62,385 nucleotides of DNA from Clostridia bacterium (GCA_046484975.1 JAWOHX010000103.1:1-62385); one strand, 5' to 3'. Numbered from the stretch's first letter, positions 17,262 through 27,034 are shown. Numbers and translations: made by a program. The notes: generated by a model from the letters alone, not told the origin.

Positions 17262-17638
17262 CGGTTTTGGAGAAAGCAAAGGAACTGGCCAGGGAGATTG
17301 GCAACACGGAGGAGTATCTGCGCTTGAAGGATGCGGAAGAGCAGTTGGCCGGTGATGCAACCGGAAACGCGCTCCTTCATGACTTGAGAAACTACAACCA
17401 TGAGTACCTGAAGGCCGAGAGGGAAGGCCTGGAGGACGAAGGCCTGAACAGCATCAGTGATATGATCAAACACAAGGAGCAGGAACTCATGGATTATGAC
17501 ATCACGTATGAGTTTATAACAGCGAAGAACGAGTTCGACCAGCTGATGCAAAAGATCAACCAGGAGATCGTCAACGAGATCCAGGGATGTGAAGGGGACC
17601 ATGAAGGTGGATGCGCATCCTGCAGCGGTTGCAAATAA
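17258..17638 (+). CDS. YlbF/YmcA (RicA-like) family protein with Cys-rich C-terminus
   Basis: It begins MTVLEKAKELAREIGNTEEYLRLKDAEEQL, a YlbF/YmcA-type helical N-terminus, and it sits after miaB as ymcA does in B. subtilis. The tail is GCEGDHEGGCASCSGCK. It overlaps miaB by ATGA. Confidence 0.7.
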   Translation: MTVLEKAKELAREIGNTEEYLRLKDAEEQLAGDATGNALLHDLRNYNHEYLKAEREGLEDEGLNSISDMIKHKEQELMDYDITYEFITAKNEFDQLMQKINQEIVNEIQGCEGDHEGGCASCSGCK

Positions 17639-17668
17639 ACAGCATCGGATAAGGGAGGTAAGACCATC

Positions 17669-20263
17669 GTGCCGGAGATGACGCCCATGATGCAGCAGTA
17701 TCTCGACATGAAGGAGAAATATCATGACTGCATCCTTTTTTTCAGACTCGGGGATTTTTACGAGATGTTCTTCGAGGATGCAAAGACGGCCTCCAGGGAG
17801 CTGGAAATCGTCCTGACCGGAAGGAACTGCGGCCAGGAGGAACGGGCTCCCATGTGCGGCGTCCCCTACCACAGCGCCGACAGCTATATCGCCAAACTGA
17901 TCAGCAGGGGATATAAAGTGGCCATCTGCGAGCAGGTGGAGGACCCTCAGCTTGCCAAGGGGCTTGTCAGGCGGGACGTGGTCCGAATCATCACACCGGG
18001 GACCGTCATCGAAAGCGCTCTCCTGGTGGAATCCAAAAACAACTATATCATGTCCATATACAAGGAGGGGGAATGCTACGGCCTGTCCGCCTGCGATATC
18101 TCCACCGGGGATTTCTATGCCACCCAGGTCGTCTGGGGCGACACCTTTTCCCAGGTGGTGAATGAAGTCGCCAGGTTCAGGCCTGCAGAGATTGTAGTCC
18201 CGGGGGACATGGGTGAGGACAGGGCTTTCTGCGATGCATTCAGGGAGCAGATGGGGATCTATATCTCAGGCATTGACGAGGCCCTCTTCCGGAAAGAGAG
18301 CGCGGAGCAGGTCCTCCGGGATCTTCTCAAGGACACCCGGAAAAAGGACTATGACATATGGCTGCATGCGGCGGGGGCTTTGTTTTCCTATCTGATTGAC
18401 ACCCGGAAGGCAAGCCTGGCCCACATCAAGGAAATCCGTGTCTACCAATCGGGGGAATTCATGGTCCTGGACCAGACTGCCAGGAAAAACCTGGAACTCA
18501 CCGAGAACCTGAAGGACGGGAAGAAACAGTCCACCCTGCTGTGGACAATCGACAGGACGAAGACGCCCATGGGGGCCAGGACCTTAAGGAAATGGATGGA
18601 ACAACCCCTGATGGACACGGCACAGATCGACATGAGGCTGGACGGGGTTGAAGAGATCAAGGACCTGTACATGGCCAGGATGGAGGTCATGGAGCTTCTG
18701 GAAAACATTTCAGACCTGGAACGGCTGACGTCGAAGGTCATGATGGAAAGTGTCAACCCGCGGGAGCTGACGGCAATGAAAAGGACACTGGCCAGGCTGA
18801 CCGGCATCAAAGAGGCTGCCAGGCCCTTTTCCAGCAGAATCTCCGGACAGGTGGGCGACGGGATGGATGAACTTGTCGATGTCCATCGTTTGATTGATGA
18901 GGCCATCGAGGATGATGCGCCCCTTTCCCTGAAGAACGGCGGAATCATCCGGGGGGGATATGACCAGGAAGTGGACAGGTTGCGCCTGGCGAAGACCGAC
19001 GGAAGAAAATGGATCGTGGAGCTGGAAGGGGAGGAGAGGAAAAAGACGGGAATCAAGTCCCTGAAAATAAGCTTCAACCGGGTGTTCGGATACTATATCG
19101 AAATCACACGGTCCCATATGGACCTGGTGCCTGAAACCTATGTGAGGAAGCAGACCCTTTCCAACAGCGAGAGGTACATCACCGAGGAGCTCAAGGATAT
19201 GGAAAGCACCATCCTGGGGGCGGAGGAAAAGCTGACACGCCTTGAACATGCCATTTTTGAGGAGATCCGGGGGAAGATTGCCCTCCAGGTGGACCGCTTG
19301 ATGCGGACGGCAAAGGCGCTGGGTGTGCTGGATGCATTGTGCGCCCTGGCCGAGACCGCTGAGAGGAACCAATATGTGCGTCCGGTCGTCAACGATGGGG
19401 GTGTCATCGACATCAGGCAGGGAAGGCACCCGGTTGTGGAGAAGAACCCCGATTGCCGGGAATTCATTCCCAATGACATCCATATCGACAATGACCAGGA
19501 AAGGACCCTTGTCATAACGGGACCCAACATGGCGGGGAAATCCACCTATATGCGCCAGACTGCGCAGATTGTCCTTTTGGCGCAGATGGGAAGCTTCGTC
19601 CCCTGCGGGAGTGCCGTGATTGGCATCACCGACAGGATATTCACAAGGATCGGGGCCTCGGACGACCTGGCCGGAGGGAAAAGCACATTCATGATGGAGA
19701 TGACGGAAGTGGCGGACATCCTGAAAAACGCCACCGACAGGAGTCTTTTGATACTGGATGAAATCGGGAGGGGCACCAGCACCTACGATGGTCTTTCCAT
19801 CGCCTGGGCGGTGATTGAGTACCTCATCAGCCGGAAAAAGTGCAAGACGCTGTTCTCCACCCATTACCATGAGTTGACCGAGCTGGAAGACAAGGTCCCC
19901 GGAGTCATGAACTATCGCATCACTGCGGAGAAGAAGGGCAGGGAGATCATCTTCCTGCGGAAGGTTGAACGGGGAGGGGCGGACGAAAGCTATGGGATTC
20001 AAGTGGCCGGTCTGGCCGGTGTCCCCGAGGACATCGTCATCCGGGCAGGGGAGATCCTTGCAGCATTGGAAAGCAACGACATCACCAAAAAAAGAATCAA
20101 GAGGAACATGGGTGTGGAAGGACAGATCAACATCATGCAGTACAACAGCAAAAACAAAAAGGAAGAGGACGTATTGCACTACCTGAGGTCAGGCGAGTTC
20201 CATGACATCACCCCGCTCCAGGCGCTGAACAAGCTCTTTGAGCTCAAAGACAAGCTTTCTTAG
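17669..20263 (+). CDS. mutS: DNA mismatch repair protein MutS
   Basis: It has TPMMQQYLDMKEKYHDCILFFRLGDFYEMFFEDA, the Walker A motif GPNMAGKSTYMRQ, and STFMMEMTE. Confidence 0.97.
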   Translation: MPEMTPMMQQYLDMKEKYHDCILFFRLGDFYEMFFEDAKTASRELEIVLTGRNCGQEERAPMCGVPYHSADSYIAKLISRGYKVAICEQVEDPQLAKGLVRRDVVRIITPGTVIESALLVESKNNYIMSIYKEGECYGLSACDISTGDFYATQVVWGDTFSQVVNEVARFRPAEIVVPGDMGEDRAFCDAFREQMGIYISGIDEALFRKESAEQVLRDLLKDTRKKDYDIWLHAAGALFSYLIDTRKASLAHIKEIRVYQSGEFMVLDQTARKNLELTENLKDGKKQSTLLWTIDRTKTPMGARTLRKWMEQPLMDTAQIDMRLDGVEEIKDLYMARMEVMELLENISDLERLTSKVMMESVNPRELTAMKRTLARLTGIKEAARPFSSRISGQVGDGMDELVDVHRLIDEAIEDDAPLSLKNGGIIRGGYDQEVDRLRLAKTDGRKWIVELEGEERKKTGIKSLKISFNRVFGYYIEITRSHMDLVPETYVRKQTLSNSERYITEELKDMESTILGAEEKLTRLEHAIFEEIRGKIALQVDRLMRTAKALGVLDALCALAETAERNQYVRPVVNDGGVIDIRQGRHPVVEKNPDCREFIPNDIHIDNDQERTLVITGPNMAGKSTYMRQTAQIVLLAQMGSFVPCGSAVIGITDRIFTRIGASDDLAGGKSTFMMEMTEVADILKNATDRSLLILDEIGRGTSTYDGLSIAWAVIEYLISRKKCKTLFSTHYHELTELEDKVPGVMNYRITAEKKGREIIFLRKVERGGADESYGIQVAGLAGVPEDIVIRAGEILAALESNDITKKRIKRNMGVEGQINIMQYNSKNKKEEDVLHYLRSGEFHDITPLQALNKLFELKDKLS

Positions 20264-20275
20264 GGAGGAGGAGCC

Positions 20276-22027
20276 ATGGCGGACAGGATCATCATCCTGG
20301 ATGAGAATACATCCAACCAGATTGCCGCAGGGGAAGTCATCGAGCGCCCTTCGTCCGTTCTGAAGGAACTCATCGAGAATGCCATCGATGCAGGCTCCAC
20401 CAGGATAGAGGTGGAGATCAGCAAAGGGGGAATCACATCCATCCGGGTCACTGACAACGGGAGCGGGATTTGCTCCGAGGATGTCATGATGGCTTTCGAA
20501 CGGCATGGGACCAGCAAAATCAAGCGTGCGGAGGATTTGACCAGCATATCCACCATGGGATTCAGGGGGGAGGCCCTGGCCAGCATCGCCAGTGTTTCCA
20601 GGACCATCATGACCACCAGGACCCCGGAGGAGGAAACAGGGACAAGGATACAGGTGCAGGGGGGAGAATATGCGGGAGCCTCGGAGCATGCAAGGACACC
20701 CGGAACCACCGTCCTGGTCAACGACCTCTTCTACAACACCCCGGCAAGGTACAAATTCCTGAAAAACGATGCCACGGAAGGCAGGTACTGTACCGAGGTG
20801 GTGTCCAGGCTGGCTTTGTCCAGGCCGGACATTTCCTTTTCCTTTCTGTCCAACCGGCAGGAGATTCTGAGGACACCGGGGGACGGGGACCTGCTGAGCG
20901 CGGTATATGCCGTCTACGGAAGAGAAACCGCAAGGGATCTGGTTCCGGTGGATTACATGGATATGGGCATCGGTGTGAGCGGTTTTGCCGGGAAGGCTTC
21001 CCTGGCCAGGGGGAACAGGCAGCACCAGATGATCTACCTCAACAAAAGGGGCATCAGGAGCCGTGACGTCACCCGGGCCTGTGAAAAGGCCTATGAGACA
21101 TTGCTTGCAAAAGGAAAATTCCCTTTCTTCATCCTCAGCATCACCATGGAAAGCAGCCACGTGGACGTGAATGTCCATCCCGCCAAGACGGAGGTGCGTT
21201 TCCAGGATGACAATGCCGTATTCAAGGCGGTTTACCACGGGGTGGGAAATGCATTGGCGGGAGGTCGAACCATTGAGAAAGCAAAACCCGGACCACCCGA
21301 GCCTCCCCCTCCTGCACAAACCGTGATGCTGCACGAAGTCCTTGTAAACGGGGCAACACTGGTCAAGGAGGCATTCAGGGAATACCAGGCGCCCCTTGCC
21401 ATAAGAGAGACACATCAGGCGGAGCAAGTCCCGAAACCGGCTGAGCGGATAGGCCTTTTTACGGTGGTGGGGCAGCTGTTCGGTACATACATCGTGCTGC
21501 AACGGGAGAATGACGTATTGTTCATGGACCAGCATGCAGCCCATGAACGGATCACATATGAAAAACTCCTCAGGGATTACGGGAACCGTTGGATGCACAG
21601 GCAGATGCTCCTGGTTCCCGTGGAGGTAAACCTCTCCCCACAGGAGATTGCCCTTATGGAGGAAAACATGGAGCTCGTGGGATCCCTCGGGTTCGATGCC
21701 GACCTGTTCGGGACGGGGTCCGTCCTGGTGCGCAGCGTTCCCAGGCAGATCGGGGAGGACAATGCCGCCGAGGCATTCAGGGCAATGGTGGACGGATTGT
21801 TGTCAAACAGGAAGAACGAGATGGACCAGAAAGCCAGGGAGGCCATCTACATGATGGCCTGCAAACACTCCGTGAAGGCGAACAGGAAGCTCCATGCCAT
21901 GGAAATGGAGGCACTGGCCAAGGAACTGGACGGGTTGGAGAATCCCTTCACCTGTCCCCATGGGCGCCCCGTGATTCTGAAAATGGAGAAACATGATTTC
22001 GAAAAAATGTTCAAAAGGGTGAAATAA
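20276..22027 (+). CDS. mutL: DNA mismatch repair endonuclease MutL
   Basis: The GHKL N-terminus reads IAAGEVIERPSSVLKELIENAIDAG, followed by GFRGEAL. The C-terminal endonuclease motif DQHAAHERITYE is present. Confidence 0.95.
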   Translation: MADRIIILDENTSNQIAAGEVIERPSSVLKELIENAIDAGSTRIEVEISKGGITSIRVTDNGSGICSEDVMMAFERHGTSKIKRAEDLTSISTMGFRGEALASIASVSRTIMTTRTPEEETGTRIQVQGGEYAGASEHARTPGTTVLVNDLFYNTPARYKFLKNDATEGRYCTEVVSRLALSRPDISFSFLSNRQEILRTPGDGDLLSAVYAVYGRETARDLVPVDYMDMGIGVSGFAGKASLARGNRQHQMIYLNKRGIRSRDVTRACEKAYETLLAKGKFPFFILSITMESSHVDVNVHPAKTEVRFQDDNAVFKAVYHGVGNALAGGRTIEKAKPGPPEPPPPAQTVMLHEVLVNGATLVKEAFREYQAPLAIRETHQAEQVPKPAERIGLFTVVGQLFGTYIVLQRENDVLFMDQHAAHERITYEKLLRDYGNRWMHRQMLLVPVEVNLSPQEIALMEENMELVGSLGFDADLFGTGSVLVRSVPRQIGEDNAAEAFRAMVDGLLSNRKNEMDQKAREAIYMMACKHSVKANRKLHAMEMEALAKELDGLENPFTCPHGRPVILKMEKHDFEKMFKRVK

Positions 22028-22983
22028 TGAAGGATGTCATCGTGGTGACCGGTCCCACTGCCTCCGGGAAGACCTCCGTGGCTGTGGAACTGGCGAAAAG
22101 GCTGGGGACCCAGGTTGTTTCCGCGGATTCCATGCAGGTCTACAGGGGAATGGACATCGGGACCGCCAAACCGGATGCCCAGGAACGCCAGGGAGTCATC
22201 CACCATCTGGTGGACATTGTGCAGCCTGACGAACCCTTCAGCGTGGCGGATTACCAGATGCATGCACGGGCCATCCTGCGTCAGATGACAGAAGCCGGGA
22301 TGATCCCCGTCATCGCAGGCGGGACAGGTCTGTACATCGAGGCGCTGCTCCATGACCTTGATTTTTCCGAAAAGGGCATTGACCGGGACAGAAGGATGCA
22401 TTACGAGGAGATATACAGGGAAAAAGGAGCCAACCACCTGCATGGAATCCTCACGGAAAGGGATGAGGAAGCAGCGAAAGCCATCCACCCAAACAACAAG
22501 AAAAGAATCATCCGCGCCCTGGAAATCCTGGACGAGTTCCACGGGACACTGGGGGACTACCAAAAAAATGCTCTCGGGAAAAGCCCTTATGACTTTCATC
22601 TGTTCATTCTGAATCCGGACAGGAAATTTCTGTATGAGAGCATCGAAAAACGTGTGGATGACATGCTGTGCAAGGGACTTGTTGATGAGGTCAGGGTCCT
22701 GACCGGCAGATATCCCGGGAAGGGCATGACCTCCTTCCAGGCCATCGGATACAAGGAGACAGCCGCTTATCTGAGGGGGACCAGCACGGAGGAAGAGATG
22801 GTGCGCCTGTTGAAAAGAAACACAAGGAGATATGCAAAAAGACAGCTGACCTGGCTGAGAAGATACAGGGAGGGGACATGGCTGGAAACGGATGAAACGA
22901 CTTCCCCTGCCATGCTGACGGAAAAAATCCTCCAGACACTCGGAAAAAATGGTATAATCATATCACATGAAATCTCAGAGTGA
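22027..22983 (+). CDS. miaA: tRNA dimethylallyltransferase
   Basis: It has VIVVTGPTASGKTSVAVELA, SADSMQVYRGMDIGTAKP and GGTGLYIEAL. It has a TAATG overlap with mutL. Confidence 0.95.
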   Translation: MKDVIVVTGPTASGKTSVAVELAKRLGTQVVSADSMQVYRGMDIGTAKPDAQERQGVIHHLVDIVQPDEPFSVADYQMHARAILRQMTEAGMIPVIAGGTGLYIEALLHDLDFSEKGIDRDRRMHYEEIYREKGANHLHGILTERDEEAAKAIHPNNKKRIIRALEILDEFHGTLGDYQKNALGKSPYDFHLFILNPDRKFLYESIEKRVDDMLCKGLVDEVRVLTGRYPGKGMTSFQAIGYKETAAYLRGTSTEEEMVRLLKRNTRRYAKRQLTWLRRYREGTWLETDETTSPAMLTEKILQTLGKNGIIISHEISE

Positions 22984-23001
22984 ATGCAGGAGGTAAAAAA
23001 A

Positions 23002-23259
23002 GTGGCGAAATCCATATCCATGAACTTGCAGGATGTATTTTTGAATCAACTCAGGAGGGATCGGGTTGGTGTTGTTGTATTTCTTGTCAACGGTTTTCAA
23101 TTGAGGGGCTTCATCAAAGGATTTGACAACTTTGTGATCGTCCTTGAGATTGAAGGCAAACAACAGGTTGTGTACAAGCATGCCATTTCCACAATATCAC
23201 CTGTACAGCCCATAAACATGATATTCAAAGAGGAAAAGAAGGAAGAAGAAGATCAGTAA
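23002..23259 (+). CDS. hfq: RNA chaperone Hfq
   Basis: [56 protein letters not shown] contains the Sm1/Sm2 motifs. The GTG at 23002 lies 8 nt after AGGAGG; the track start at 22984 and the ATG at 23020 are alternatives. Confidence 0.9.
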   Translation: MAKSISMNLQDVFLNQLRRDRVGVVVFLVNGFQLRGFIKGFDNFVIVLEIEGKQQVVYKHAISTISPVQPINMIFKEEKKEEEDQ

Positions 23260-23849
23260 GTACGGAAAAGCCCGATGACTTTGCCTGCGATGAGCAGGTT
23301 GTCCTTTACGATGATGGGGGACATGGATTTGTTCTCGGGTTGCAGCCGGACATGGTCCTTCTCCCTGTAAAAAGTCTTTACCGTGGCCTCATTTTCTATG
23401 ACCGCCACCACAATGTCCTTATCCTGTGCGGTACTCTGCTGTTTCACCAGCAGCAGGTCGTTTTCTAATATGCCTGCGTCAACCATGCTGTCACCTTTGA
23501 CCCGGAGCATGAAGGTGACGGAATTCCTGGTGTACTCTTTTGGAACGGGGAAGGTATCCTCTATGTTCTCCACTGCAAGGATGGGGGTTCCTGCCGCCAC
23601 CCTGCCCACGACGGGGACATCGACGGTATCCTTCCTGGAAGGAAGGCGGATGGACCGGGATATGGAGTCGTTCATCTCGATGTAACCGTCTTCCGTCAAT
23701 CTTTTGAGGTATGAATGCACCGTGGAAGTGGAGGAAAAACCTGTGGCGGAACAGATGTCCCTGACCGACGGGGAATATCCGTTGTCATTGATGGACCTGG
23801 TGATGTAATCCAGGACCGCCATGTGTTTATCATTCATTTTTTTATTCAT
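23253..23849 (-). CDS. lexA: SOS repressor LexA
   Basis: It has a winged HTH ([28 protein letters not shown]), a cleavage region (VAAG), and an S24 Ser/Lys dyad context ([11 protein letters not shown] ... IAGKVIG). Confidence 0.95.
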   Translation of the reverse strand: MNKKMNDKHMAVLDYITRSINDNGYSPSVRDICSATGFSSTSTVHSYLKRLTEDGYIEMNDSISRSIRLPSRKDTVDVPVVGRVAAGTPILAVENIEDTFPVPKEYTRNSVTFMLRVKGDSMVDAGILENDLLLVKQQSTAQDKDIVVAVIENEATVKTFYREKDHVRLQPENKSMSPIIVKDNLLIAGKVIGLFRTY

Positions 23850-23869
23850 CTCATACTCCTCCTGCCATC

Positions 23870-23898
23870 ATTTTAGCATCGAAAAGACAAAAAGTCAA
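23870..23898 (-). promoter_or_regulatory. lexA promoter
   Basis: On the minus strand: TTGACT (23893-23898), a 17-nt spacer, and TAAAAT (23870-23875). The -35 overlaps an imperfect LexA box (23897-23908, AAACAAATGTTC). Confidence 0.6.
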
Positions 23899-23966
23899 AC
23901 AAATGTTCATTTTCCCCTTGACGAGAGAACAATTGTTCTGGTAATATGGAAACAGAACAGTTGTTC
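23897..23966. promoter_or_regulatory. Three Cheo-type LexA operators (GAAC-N4-GTTC)
   Basis: There are two perfect palindromic boxes, GAACAATTGTTC (23927-23938) and GAACAGTTGTTC (23955-23966), plus one imperfect box, AAACAAATGTTC (23897-23908). Confidence 0.8.
23918..23947 (+). promoter_or_regulatory. SOS-controlled promoter of the yneA-like gene
   Basis: TTGACG (23918-23923), an 18-nt spacer containing LexA box 23927-23938, and TAATAT (23942-23947). A second box lies just downstream. Confidence 0.6.
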
Positions 23967-23980
23967 GGAGGTTTGCACAA

Positions 23981-24274
23981 ATGAAGAGACGATATGTTTT
24001 GAGGAATAAAAAAAGATTCATGGCCATCAGCATCATCATACTCTCCCTTGTCCTCAGTTCTTTCATGATCACCTTAAGGCCCACCCAAAGCAAGCAGCAG
24101 GATTCCTATTACGAAGTGGTCATCGTCAAAGGGGACACATTATGGGACATCGCCAGCTCCATCAATCATCAAAACCAGGATATCCGGAAAATTGTCCGGC
24201 ACATCAAACAGATCAATCACCTGGAGAGCGCGGAGATTTTCGTCGGCCAAACCATCCGGGTCCCTGGCAATTGA
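23981..24274 (+). CDS. YneA-like SOS cell-division inhibitor (N-terminal TM helix + LysM domain)
   Basis: It is 97 aa, with a TM segment (FMAISIIILSLVLSSFMI) and a LysM domain (YYEVVIVKGDTLWDIASSI...INHLESAEIFVGQTIRVP). It is divergent from lexA and sits behind LexA boxes, as B. subtilis yneA does. Confidence 0.7.
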   Translation: MKRRYVLRNKKRFMAISIIILSLVLSSFMITLRPTQSKQQDSYYEVVIVKGDTLWDIASSINHQNQDIRKIVRHIKQINHLESAEIFVGQTIRVPGN

Positions 24275-24362
24275 CACCCAGCCCCTTTTTCAACCTCCGG
24301 AGCCTTTGATTATCCCGTATATTCGTATATAATGGTAATCAATATCCACCGGAGGTATTTTT

Positions 24363-25580
24363 ATGGGTTTTTTACAGGACCTCAGGGACAGGATTCTGAT
24401 TCATGACGGTTCAAAAGGCTATGTGCTGCAGATGATGGGCCTGGAACCCGGGCATTCCCCTGAGGAGTGGAACCTGACCCATCCAGGGCAGGTGATGAAG
24501 ATGCACAGGGAATATGTGGAGGCCGGCTGTGATGTCATCCAGACCAACACATTCACCGGAAACAGAATCCAGCTGTCCAAACACGGACTGAAAGAAAAAA
24601 CGAAGGAAATCAACAGGAAAGCTGCCATGCTTGCCAGAAAAGCGGCAGGGGAGCGGGTTTATGTCGCCGGGTCCGTTGGACCAACAGGGATGCTCTTCGA
24701 GCCCATGGGAGAGATGAGCTTCGATTGGGCCTGTGACATATTCAAGGAACAGGTGGAGGCATTGGAGGACGGGGGCGTCGACCTGATCAATTTTGAGACC
24801 TTCATGGACATCTCTGAAATGCGGGCGGCCATCATTGCGGCCAGGGAAGTGACCAACTTGCCCCTGGTCTGTTCCATGGCTTTTGAAAAAAATGCCAGGA
24901 CCCTCATGGGCAACACGGCCTTTGGCGCAGGCCTTTGCATGAAAGCTCTGGGTGCGGACCTGGTCGGGGCGAACTGCTCCTTCGGACCGGAGTATATGGC
25001 CCCGGTCATGGAGGAACTTGAAAGGACAGGTTCATACCTGTCCTTGAAGCCCAATGCGGGCCTTCCGGAGAATATTGGCGGGGTGACGGTATACCGGCAG
25101 GGCCCGGAGGATTTTGCTTCTTCCCTGCAGCAGTCTTTGCGATACAATGTAAGGCTTGTGGGAGGCTGTTGCGGGACCACGCCGGCGTTCATCCATTCCA
25201 TCCGTCAGGCCGCCGCAGCAGGTGTGATGCGACCCGCCGCCGCCATAGGTCCCCATATCACATCCGCCACCCGGGTGCTGTCCGTTGACAAGGCATTCAA
25301 CATCGGGACCATTGTCCTTGAAAAAGGGAAATCAATCCAGGATATGCTTGACGAAGCCTATGAAATGGAAGGGTATGATGCCATCGAGATCATTCACAGG
25401 GGACAGGACGCATGCAATCTGGCAGAGGCCGTCCATGTGGTGATGCATGTGGTCAGGCAACCGTTGATCCTGTCCTGTCATGACAGGGAGATGCTTTCCA
25501 GTTCCTTACGCATCTACAACGGGATCGCAGGCATCCGGATGAACACATGCCCGGATTACGGCGCGGTCCTGTTGCTTTGA
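24363..25580 (+). CDS. Homocysteine S-methyltransferase family protein with about 110-aa C-terminal extension
   Basis: It has HDGSKGYVLQ, DVIQTNTF, GANCSFGPE and VGGCCGTTPAFI (Zn-binding Cys). I do not recognise a B12- or pterin-binding module. Confidence 0.75.
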   Translation: MGFLQDLRDRILIHDGSKGYVLQMMGLEPGHSPEEWNLTHPGQVMKMHREYVEAGCDVIQTNTFTGNRIQLSKHGLKEKTKEINRKAAMLARKAAGERVYVAGSVGPTGMLFEPMGEMSFDWACDIFKEQVEALEDGGVDLINFETFMDISEMRAAIIAAREVTNLPLVCSMAFEKNARTLMGNTAFGAGLCMKALGADLVGANCSFGPEYMAPVMEELERTGSYLSLKPNAGLPENIGGVTVYRQGPEDFASSLQQSLRYNVRLVGGCCGTTPAFIHSIRQAAAAGVMRPAAAIGPHITSATRVLSVDKAFNIGTIVLEKGKSIQDMLDEAYEMEGYDAIEIIHRGQDACNLAEAVHVVMHVVRQPLILSCHDREMLSSSLRIYNGIAGIRMNTCPDYGAVLLL

Positions 25581-25670
25581 AATTTTTAAGAGGGTGTGGA
25601 CCGGAAGAAAGGAACACCGGTTATGAGGTGGAATTCCTCTGTTCTATAACATCCGTCAAGGTGATATAAT

Positions 25671-26954
25671 ATGCATATGAAAAAGTATCTTTTCACATTG
25701 GCTGTCCTGTTTGCCTTCCTGCTGGTTTTCACCGCAGGCTGCAGGGCAACGGAACCCGAACCTGCCCCGACTGTACCTGTGCAGGAAACCGTGACGCCAA
25801 AGACCGTGGAGCCTGCTCCGGAGGAACCCGTCGACAATACTCCCGCACCCGCCGAGGAGACAACAAAACCCGAAGAGACCAGGGAGGAGTCCTTCACCAT
25901 GCTGGTCGTTGGGGACAACCTCTACCATGACGCCACTCTGGCAAGCGCCTATGACCCGGATGCCGGAACCTATGATTTCACTCCCTTTTACAGATACGTG
26001 AAACCATATATACAGGCGGTGGACCTGGCTGTGGCGAACCTGGAGGTGGTCATCGCAGGAAAGGAGCAGAGATTCACGGGTTATCCGGAATCCAACAGAC
26101 CCGATGAAGCGTTGCATGCCCTGAAGGATGCAGGATTCGACCTTCTGCTCACTGCAAACAACCACAGCCTGGACAGGGGCGTGCCCGGCCTGGTGCGCAC
26201 CATCGAAAAGATTGAGGAATATGGCATGCTGAGCACAGGCACGCAGACGGACCCGGAAATCCGCTGGACCGACGTGGAAGCCAAAGGCCTGACCATCCGG
26301 AACATGTGCTATACCTTTGCCCTGAATGGCAACGAGTACAAGATGCGGGATGACCAGTCATACATGGTCAACATGCTGGACGAGAAAATGATCAAGGCCC
26401 ATATCGACAGGGCCCGGATGGAAGAGGTGGACCTGATTGTGGTGTATCTCCACTGGGGGGTGGAGTATGTGCTGGAACCCCACAGGTGGCAGGAGGAGTT
26501 CGCCGTCCGGCTTTTCGAGTACGGTGCCGACATCATATTCGCCACCCACGCCCATGTGGTACAGAAAAGCGAGGTCCACCATATCAACGGAAAGGACCGA
26601 TACATCATATACTCGACGGGAAACTTTGTCTCCAATTTCACCCGGAATGACACCTCCCAGAGAAGCAACAAGCTGTATACGGAGGACGGGGTCATGGTGC
26701 AGGCAACATTCACCATCCGGGAAGACAACAGTGTCATACTGGAGGAAGTCGTGCACATCCCCACATGGGTGTATATCCACCGGGACGGGCAGGACAAGCG
26801 GCGTTATGCCATCATACCCGTGAAAGACGGGGAGGAGCTCCGTTCCATTGCCTTCCATCCCATGCCCGCCATGGAATACATGCTGGAGGAGGCAATGGCT
26901 TCCTACAGAAGGACATTTGAGCGGGTGGTTGATTTCAAGCGTTCCATCGACTGA
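25671..26954 (+). CDS. CapA-family (PGA_cap metallophosphatase-like) lipoprotein
   Basis: It has a lipobox (LLVFTAGC), a P/E/T-rich linker, then MLVVGDNLYH, TANNHSLD and LHWGVEY motifs typical of CapA. Confidence 0.8.
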   Translation: MHMKKYLFTLAVLFAFLLVFTAGCRATEPEPAPTVPVQETVTPKTVEPAPEEPVDNTPAPAEETTKPEETREESFTMLVVGDNLYHDATLASAYDPDAGTYDFTPFYRYVKPYIQAVDLAVANLEVVIAGKEQRFTGYPESNRPDEALHALKDAGFDLLLTANNHSLDRGVPGLVRTIEKIEEYGMLSTGTQTDPEIRWTDVEAKGLTIRNMCYTFALNGNEYKMRDDQSYMVNMLDEKMIKAHIDRARMEEVDLIVVYLHWGVEYVLEPHRWQEEFAVRLFEYGADIIFATHAHVVQKSEVHHINGKDRYIIYSTGNFVSNFTRNDTSQRSNKLYTEDGVMVQATFTIREDNSVILEEVVHIPTWVYIHRDGQDKRRYAIIPVKDGEELRSIAFHPMPAMEYMLEEAMASYRRTFERVVDFKRSID

Positions 26955-26983
26955 GAAGACATTTTTTCACTGGACCATTCCGA

Positions 26984-27013
26984 TTGACGGAATCCAAGAA
27001 AGTGATGTATAAT
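26984..27013 (+). promoter_or_regulatory. Promoter of the serS T-box leader
   Basis: TTGACG (26984-26989), an 18-nt spacer, and TATAAT (27008-27013). Confidence 0.55.
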
Positions 27014-27034
27014 TCATGTATGTCAATGAGAAAG

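Noticed and set aside
18710-20179. A 489-aa ORF antisense to mutS. Similar long antisense ORFs lie at 20189-21598 (vs mutL), 29425-31119 (vs acyl-CoA ligase/lysA), 36501-37784 (vs purA), 48444-49850 (vs the ABC ATPase), 16949-17872, 7717-8673, 33179-34102 and 49762-50709.
   Set aside because: Each lies opposite a gene with unambiguous family motifs. The translations are low-complexity (rich in P/G/R/H/D), with no recognisable motifs and no RBS. They are typical shadow ORFs of moderately GC-rich coding DNA.
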